Shown piece by piece: positions 59,375-64,000 of a stretch of 64,000 bases of DNA. A program made the position numbers and the translations under genes. How positions within the stretch are numbered: the stretch's first letter is position 1; every line of letters begins with the position of its first letter. Source of the stretch: Candidatus Omnitrophota bacterium. Its GTDB lineage: Bacteria > Omnitrophota > Gorgyraeia > Pluralincolimonadales > Pluralincolimonadaceae. The notes beneath the pieces are model-generated. The model was not told the origin of the DNA, searched no databases, and was given only the letters and a program-made list of their open reading frames with translations. Location: assembly GCA_043798215.1 (NCBI GenBank), contig JAZDOX010000038.1, forward strand, positions 5,659-69,658, given 5' to 3'.

Positions 59375-61474
59375 TCAAACCTTCTTTAACCTTCTGATTT
59401 CCTGCAACAAATTTTCGGCAGAAAGACCTCCTTTCTGCTCGATGTGTTCAACGTTGCCGTTAAGCTTCTCTTTATCTTTAAGGGTTATGCTCTTTGCCGT
59501 AAGCACGATTATCGGAATATCCTTAAGCAAAGGATTACTTTTCATCTCCTCAATCACCTTAAAACCGCTCATCCTCGGCATCATTAAATCAAGAATCATT
59601 AAATCGGGCCTGGACTTAATCGCTAACTCTACGCCTTCTTTGCCGTTAAATGCCTTGATGGTCTTGAATCCCGCCGATCTAAGAGTTACCTCCGTAAGTT
59701 CCACCGCGTAAGGATCATCGTCCACGACAAGAATATTTATCGGCTTTCCATTTCTCGCCCCATCCATCATCCCAAACCTTCCCAAAATCTGAAAAAGTTT
59801 ACTCTTGTCCACGGGCTTAACCAGATAATCAATGGCTCCAAATTTCGAGGCCTCGCCGCTGTCTTCCATGACAGAAACTACTATAACGGGAATATCCTTA
59901 GTCTCGGGCAAATCCTTCAGCTCTTGAAGAACCTGCCAACCGTTCTTCTTGGGCAAATTAATATCCAGCGCAACTATATCCGGCTTTAGTTCCCTGGCCT
60001 TGTTAACCGCTTCCTCGCCGTCAAAAGCCGATAGAACATTATATCCTTCGGATCGAAGCGCTTCTGAAAGAAGCTCATTCTCCTGTGGATTATCTTCGAC
60101 TACTAATATGCTGGGAGTTTTATCTGCCAAAGCCGAAACAGCGCTCTTTTTAGCCGCTTTTTTTATCTCCACTATTGAGATTCCAACTTTCTCGCCAAAA
60201 GCCTTAACGCATCTGTCCAGCGAATAAACAACAGGAAACGTAAATATAAATTTGCTGCCCTTGCCTTCTTCGCTTTCCAACCAAATCTTTCCTCCGTGTA
60301 TCTCGATCAAGGTCTTTACCAGCGATAACCCCAGTCCGGTGCCGGAATATTGCCGCGAATACCCTTCATCAGCCTGCTGAAAAGGCTCAAATATGCGTTC
60401 CCAATCTTCTTTTTTGATACCGATTCCGCTATCAATTACCGAAATCTGAAATTCCTCTTTATCCTTTAAAAAAAGGGTCTCGATTTTAACGCTTCCTTCC
60501 TCAGGAGTAAACTTAATGGCATTGCTTAAAAGATTATACATTACCTGCTTGAACATCTTCTTATCGGCTGTCATCATTGGCGAATCCGCCAAATCTGGAA
60601 CCGTCAAGGATATCTTCTTCTTTAAAGCTAAAACCTTGACAACATCATTAACTTCCTTAATAACCTCGTCCGGGAAAAACTGTTCGGGACTAACCTGAAT
60701 CTTTCCGGCCTCGATACTCGCTAAATCAAGAAGGTCATTTATCAATTGCAAAAGGTGCCTTCCGGAAGTAAGGATATTATTCAAGTATTTTCCCTGAGTC
60801 GCGTTTAAGCCTCCGGATATGCCGTCCAATAAAACCTCGGAAAAACCTATTACGGAATTTAGCGGCGTTCTTAGTTCGTGGCTGACATTGGTTAAGAATT
60901 TAGATTTAGCCTCGCTTGCCCTGACTAACTCCTTATTAAGAATGACTAACTGCCGCGTCTTTGCCTCTACCCTTACCTCCAATTCCTTATTCCATACCTC
61001 AAGTTCCATTTTCGCTTTTTCGAGTTCTTGGTTTCTGGTCTCCAGCTCCTTTAATATCCTGCGATTTTCGTTCTTTAACCTGTATTCTTCCAATAAATTC
61101 TTAACGGTTAATCTCAAATCTTCGTTTTCCCAGGGCTTCTCGATATATTTGCTTAATCCCGCGTTGTTTATGGCATATATGGCCGAATCCAAGCCGGCGT
61201 ATCCTGTCAGCAAAATCTTTACGGTTTCTGGATGTTTCTTATGCACCATCTCCAGAAATTCCGCGCCCTTCATTCCCGGCATTACATGATCGGCAATCAC
61301 CATTTCCAAGTTCATTTGACCCTTTTCGAGTTCGTCTATAATCTGAAGGGCGTCTTCGGCGCTCTCAGCCAATCTTATATCATGGGTCTGACCCGCCAGA
61401 TCTTCCAAATTAAACCTCAACGAAACCAATACTGTCTGCTCATCATCAACGCATAATATTATTCCTTTAGACAC
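59375..61474 (-). CDS. Hybrid sensor histidine kinase / response regulator (N-terminal REC, coiled coil, HisKA, HATPase_c, two C-terminal REC domains)
   Basis: Translated MSKGIILCVDDEQ... (REC) ...FLTNVSHELRTPLNSVIGF (H-box) ... IDSGIGI...GTGLGLSLV (N/G boxes) ... ILVVEDNPQENELL... and ILVVDDDPYAVEL... (two further REC domains). Its start overlaps the upstream kinase stop by 8 nt. Confidence 0.9.
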   Translation of the reverse strand: MSKGIILCVDDEQTVLVSLRFNLEDLAGQTHDIRLAESAEDALQIIDELEKGQMNLEMVIADHVMPGMKGAEFLEMVHKKHPETVKILLTGYAGLDSAIYAINNAGLSKYIEKPWENEDLRLTVKNLLEEYRLKNENRRILKELETRNQELEKAKMELEVWNKELEVRVEAKTRQLVILNKELVRASEAKSKFLTNVSHELRTPLNSVIGFSEVLLDGISGGLNATQGKYLNNILTSGRHLLQLINDLLDLASIEAGKIQVSPEQFFPDEVIKEVNDVVKVLALKKKISLTVPDLADSPMMTADKKMFKQVMYNLLSNAIKFTPEEGSVKIETLFLKDKEEFQISVIDSGIGIKKEDWERIFEPFQQADEGYSRQYSGTGLGLSLVKTLIEIHGGKIWLESEEGKGSKFIFTFPVVYSLDRCVKAFGEKVGISIVEIKKAAKKSAVSALADKTPSILVVEDNPQENELLSEALRSEGYNVLSAFDGEEAVNKARELKPDIVALDINLPKKNGWQVLQELKDLPETKDIPVIVVSVMEDSGEASKFGAIDYLVKPVDKSKLFQILGRFGMMDGARNGKPINILVVDDDPYAVELTEVTLRSAGFKTIKAFNGKEGVELAIKSRPDLMILDLMMPRMSGFKVIEEMKSNPLLKDIPIIVLTAKSITLKDKEKLNGNVEHIEQKGGLSAENLLQEIRRLKKV

Positions 61475-63437
61475 GCTTGGCTTCCTCCACTTGTTTTAAC
61501 GACTCTTTAGCTAATGCGGCCTTAATGGGCAAAACCACCTCAAAGCTTGTCTTGCCCGGAACCGATTCAACGTTAATCCGGCCGTTATGCTTCTCTACTA
61601 TCTGCTGGCAAATCCCCAACCCCATTCCCGTTCCCTTTGCTTTTGTCGTAAAAAACGGTTCGAATATCTTCCCTGATATCTCCTTGGGTATTCCGGGGCC
61701 GTCATCGGTAATCTTAACCGCCGCCATATCATCCTTTCGGTATGTTTCGATAACAATCTTGCCCTTGCCTTTCATTGCCTCGCAAGCGTTAAGAATGATG
61801 TTAGTCCATACCTGATTAAGCTCATTTACATAACAGGTGATTTTGGGAAGATCGGAAAAATTCTTTATAACTTCTATCCCGCCCCTTAACTCATTATTTA
61901 AGATCGTAAGCGAAGTATTAATGCCTTCATAAATATCAACCTCTTCCACCTTGGATTGATCGAGACGGGAATACGCTTTAAGGGCCTTGACTAATTCTAT
62001 AATCCTTTCGGTGCCGATATCAACACTCCTTAAATTGATAAAATACCTGCCTATATCTTGCAAGGTTTTCAACAATAATTTGGCGTCGGTTCTCGAAAGC
62101 AAATCGGCCATCCCCGCAAGCTCATCTTTAAGATGGAATTCGGCCAAAACACGCTCGGCTCCGGCAGGCAAATGAAGGTTTAGCTCGTTGGCTTTTTCTC
62201 TAATCTGCTTTGCCTGGTTCTCTTCTTCTTTAAGGCTCATCCCATTGCGCGTAAGAGTATTCGCGGCTGTCTTCTTGATTATCTCTAAATAAAAGGCTTT
62301 ATCCTTCTCATTAAAATTGAATTTGTCAATATTGACGATGTCGAAAAATATCCTCTCCATATTTGCTAAAACAAAAGAGATCGAAGACCTGATTACTCCG
62401 GCAGGGGTGTTTACCTCATGCGCTATGCCCGCTATCAGGCGGCCCAAAGAAGCCATCTTCTCCGATTGCACCAGCAAAACTTCATTATCCTTTAAATCCT
62501 TATAAGCTTTTTCTAATTTTTTGTTGGCCATACTGAGTTCTTCTGTCCTTGCCTCGACTTTCTTCTGCAAATCGCGGTTAAGTTCTTCTATCTCTCTAAC
62601 CGAATTTAAGAGCGCCGTATTCTGGCCTTCGTAAAGCTCGGCGCCCTCCTTTGCGATATTCTTATAATCCATAGCTCGTCCTATAAGATACCCGCTTAAA
62701 AGCAACGCTGCGAGAAACAACATATCTTCCGCCGAACCCGAAAAATATAACTTCCCGCTAATAGAATAAGCGATCCAAGCGATAAAAGCTCCTGTCAGAG
62801 ATCCTAAATATCCAAATAGCTGAGACGGTTTATTAACCCATGTTATTTCATATACGCAGCTGTCATCGCCTCTTGCCTGACATTTCGAATGATTTACTTT
62901 AGCCAAGGGAAGCCCCCATACTGTCGGTATGGAAGCGTAATTTCCCTGAAGGTACCGGCAGTTGTTGACGGTTTGAACAAATTCATCTAAATAATGAACT
63001 TTAATAATCGCTTTATTTTTTTTTAGCTCTAATAAACTAAGCTCGGCGGCCCTGCTAAGGTTATGGTTAAACCTGATTATATTCCCATAAGTTAAGGCGG
63101 GATTACTTAACACTCTTAGAATAAAGTGAAGACTTCCATAAGATTCTATTTTGGCGGCACAGGTTCCTGCTTCAAAGAGCGCATCGGAATTTCCGGCATA
63201 CTCCACTAACTTATCAAAAAGAGACGTATAATAACTAAACGTCAGCCAGTTATTTTCGTTCTCCAAATATTCTAACGGCATTCCTGTATTATGAATGAAT
63301 TTTTTTAACTCCTCTTTTCCATATTTACTCTCAAAATAGACCAAAAATGGTTTAATCGTTCTACAGTTCATTTCTAACCGGCTCTTAGAAAAACTTACAT
63401 TGGGCATCAAAGCTACCTTTTCTTTTTTATCAGCCAT
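61467..63437 (-). CDS. Sensor histidine kinase with a long N-terminal sensor/membrane region
   Basis: Translated ...GRLIAGIAHEVNTPAGVIRS (H-box) ... ILNACEAM...ITDDGPGIP...GTGMGLGICQQIVEKHNGRINVESVPGKTSF (HATPase_c). Coiled-coil segments are present. It is co-directional with and overlaps the downstream hybrid kinase, so the two are operonic. Confidence 0.85.
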   Translation of the reverse strand: MADKKEKVALMPNVSFSKSRLEMNCRTIKPFLVYFESKYGKEELKKFIHNTGMPLEYLENENNWLTFSYYTSLFDKLVEYAGNSDALFEAGTCAAKIESYGSLHFILRVLSNPALTYGNIIRFNHNLSRAAELSLLELKKNKAIIKVHYLDEFVQTVNNCRYLQGNYASIPTVWGLPLAKVNHSKCQARGDDSCVYEITWVNKPSQLFGYLGSLTGAFIAWIAYSISGKLYFSGSAEDMLFLAALLLSGYLIGRAMDYKNIAKEGAELYEGQNTALLNSVREIEELNRDLQKKVEARTEELSMANKKLEKAYKDLKDNEVLLVQSEKMASLGRLIAGIAHEVNTPAGVIRSSISFVLANMERIFFDIVNIDKFNFNEKDKAFYLEIIKKTAANTLTRNGMSLKEEENQAKQIREKANELNLHLPAGAERVLAEFHLKDELAGMADLLSRTDAKLLLKTLQDIGRYFINLRSVDIGTERIIELVKALKAYSRLDQSKVEEVDIYEGINTSLTILNNELRGGIEVIKNFSDLPKITCYVNELNQVWTNIILNACEAMKGKGKIVIETYRKDDMAAVKITDDGPGIPKEISGKIFEPFFTTKAKGTGMGLGICQQIVEKHNGRINVESVPGKTSFEVVLPIKAALAKESLKQVEEAKRV

Positions 63438-63447
63438 TTTTTACCCA

Positions 63448-64000
63448 TTATTTAATTTCTTTGAATATCTTTCCTGATTCATAGTCTATTTTTGGGGTCG
63501 TAATCTTAAAAAGAGCGGTAAAGATAAGGCTGCCGAAATAATCCTTATGCTTCATATACATAAAAAGGCGCTCGATTTGAGCGCCAAGGGTTACTTTAGT
63601 GGAAATTGTCGTCATACCCATTTCAAGTTTTTTCTTTCCTTCTGTAATCGATAGTTTAATGATCTCATACAGACTATTAAAATAAATTGAATAGCGTTTA
63701 TTGTATTCATAATCTACGCCTACAAACATTGGCCTTAAGGTATAATCATCAATCAAAACCAACATAAAACCTAATATTTGCATCTCTTTCTTTAGTAAAA
63801 TTACTTTTGCTTTTCCGTTTAAATAGAGGCTGATGTTTCGAAAGAAATCCTCAGTTAAAATTTCTCTGCGGTATTCCTTCGCGCGTTCATAAGTATTTCT
63901 CCATAACTTTAATAAATCAGGCGCTATATCGTCAAAATTCTCTTTGACTTCAACATGAATTCCATTATTAGAAGCTCGTCTAATATGTTTCTTTATGTTG
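63448..64000 (-). CDS. FemAB/BioF2-like GNAT-fold acetyltransferase family protein, 5'-partial in window (N-terminus beyond 64000)
   Basis: The frame stays open upstream of the track's ATG at 63783: ...LLKLMENTYERAKEYRREILTEDFFRNISLYLNGKAKVILLKKEMQILGFMLVLIDDYTLRPMFVGVDYEY... The family assignment rests on the motif pattern only. Confidence 0.45.
   Translation of the reverse strand, partial: NIKKHIRRASNNGIHVEVKENFDDIAPDLLKLWRNTYERAKEYRREILTEDFFRNISLYLNGKAKVILLKKEMQILGFMLVLIDDYTLRPMFVGVDYEYNKRYSIYFNSLYEIIKLSITEGKKKLEMGMTTISTKVTLGAQIERLFMYMKHKDYFGSLIFTALFKITTPKIDYESGKIFKEIK

Noticed and set aside
59442-63437. Plus-strand ORFs within the two kinase genes (59442..59711, 59949..60227, 60516..60698, 60819..61289, 61232..61456, 61477..61815, 61987..62175, 62317..62505)
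   Set aside because: They are antisense to the histidine-kinase operon. Ser/Leu-rich shadow ORFs.
1-64000. CRISPR arrays, tRNA/rRNA genes, integrase/transposase genes
   Set aside because: No direct-repeat/spacer periodicity, no cloverleaf-like GC-rich 75-nt segments in intergenic DNA, and no recombinase-like ORFs were seen. The repeats present are palindromic REP-/MITE-like units rather than CRISPR.

Overview
Most of this window (coordinates 1-54678, minus strand) appears to be a single, uninterrupted giant open reading frame that runs off the 5' edge of the window. More than 18,200 codons lie inside the window, so the C-terminus is missing. This giant ORF is absent from the supplied ORF track, which only shows short antisense 'shadow' ORFs on the plus strand.

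Evidence that it is one ORF:
- I hand-translated the minus strand at more than 30 loci spread from coordinate 120 to 54678. Every locus is in the same reading frame as the ATG at 54678..54676, with codon first positions congruent to 0 mod 3.
- I scanned about 85 sequence rows for in-frame TTA/CTA/TCA triplets (the reverse-complement stop codons) and found none.

The encoded protein is an extraordinary domain mosaic. From N- to C-terminus:
- an N-terminal extension with a signal-anchor helix
- YD/RHS-type repeats in several blocks, including a roughly 8 kb shell
- an acidic linker
- a papain/C39-like Cys-His peptidase candidate
- a LamG/ConA-like lectin domain
- a CBM-like domain followed by a GH5 beta-mannanase-like catalytic domain with both catalytic Glu motifs (NEP and MEEYG)
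- an SF2 P-loop ATPase-like segment
- HExxH motifs
- a complete membrane-embedded GT2 processive glycosyltransferase module (DxD, TED and QxxRW motifs flanked by TM helices)
- two clan GH-A TIM-barrel-like domains, one with NEPE
- an NDP-sugar pyrophosphorylase (GxGTRxxPL) plus left-handed beta-helix
- a type-I phosphomannose-isomerase-like cupin (KPWGG / GESWEVSGH)
- a class-I methyltransferase-like fold

The right-hand 9 kb is ordinary housekeeping and signalling: cinA (apparently leaderless, from a perfect TTGACA-17-TATAAT promoter), thpR/ligT, pgpA, pgsA, a standalone REC response regulator, a three-REC hybrid histidine kinase, a sensor kinase, and a partial FemAB-like acetyltransferase.

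The intergenic DNA contains two repeat families:
- a roughly 110-bp structured element in two copies, one of which supplies the last 30 codons of cinA
- REP-like palindromic units that flank the response-regulator gene in inverted orientation

The divergent cinA / giant-gene intergenic region also holds a nested inverted-repeat element.

No rRNA, tRNA or CRISPR was seen. The organism is probably an uncultivated bacterium of a lineage known for giant ORFs (Omnitrophota-like), but that placement is inference only.
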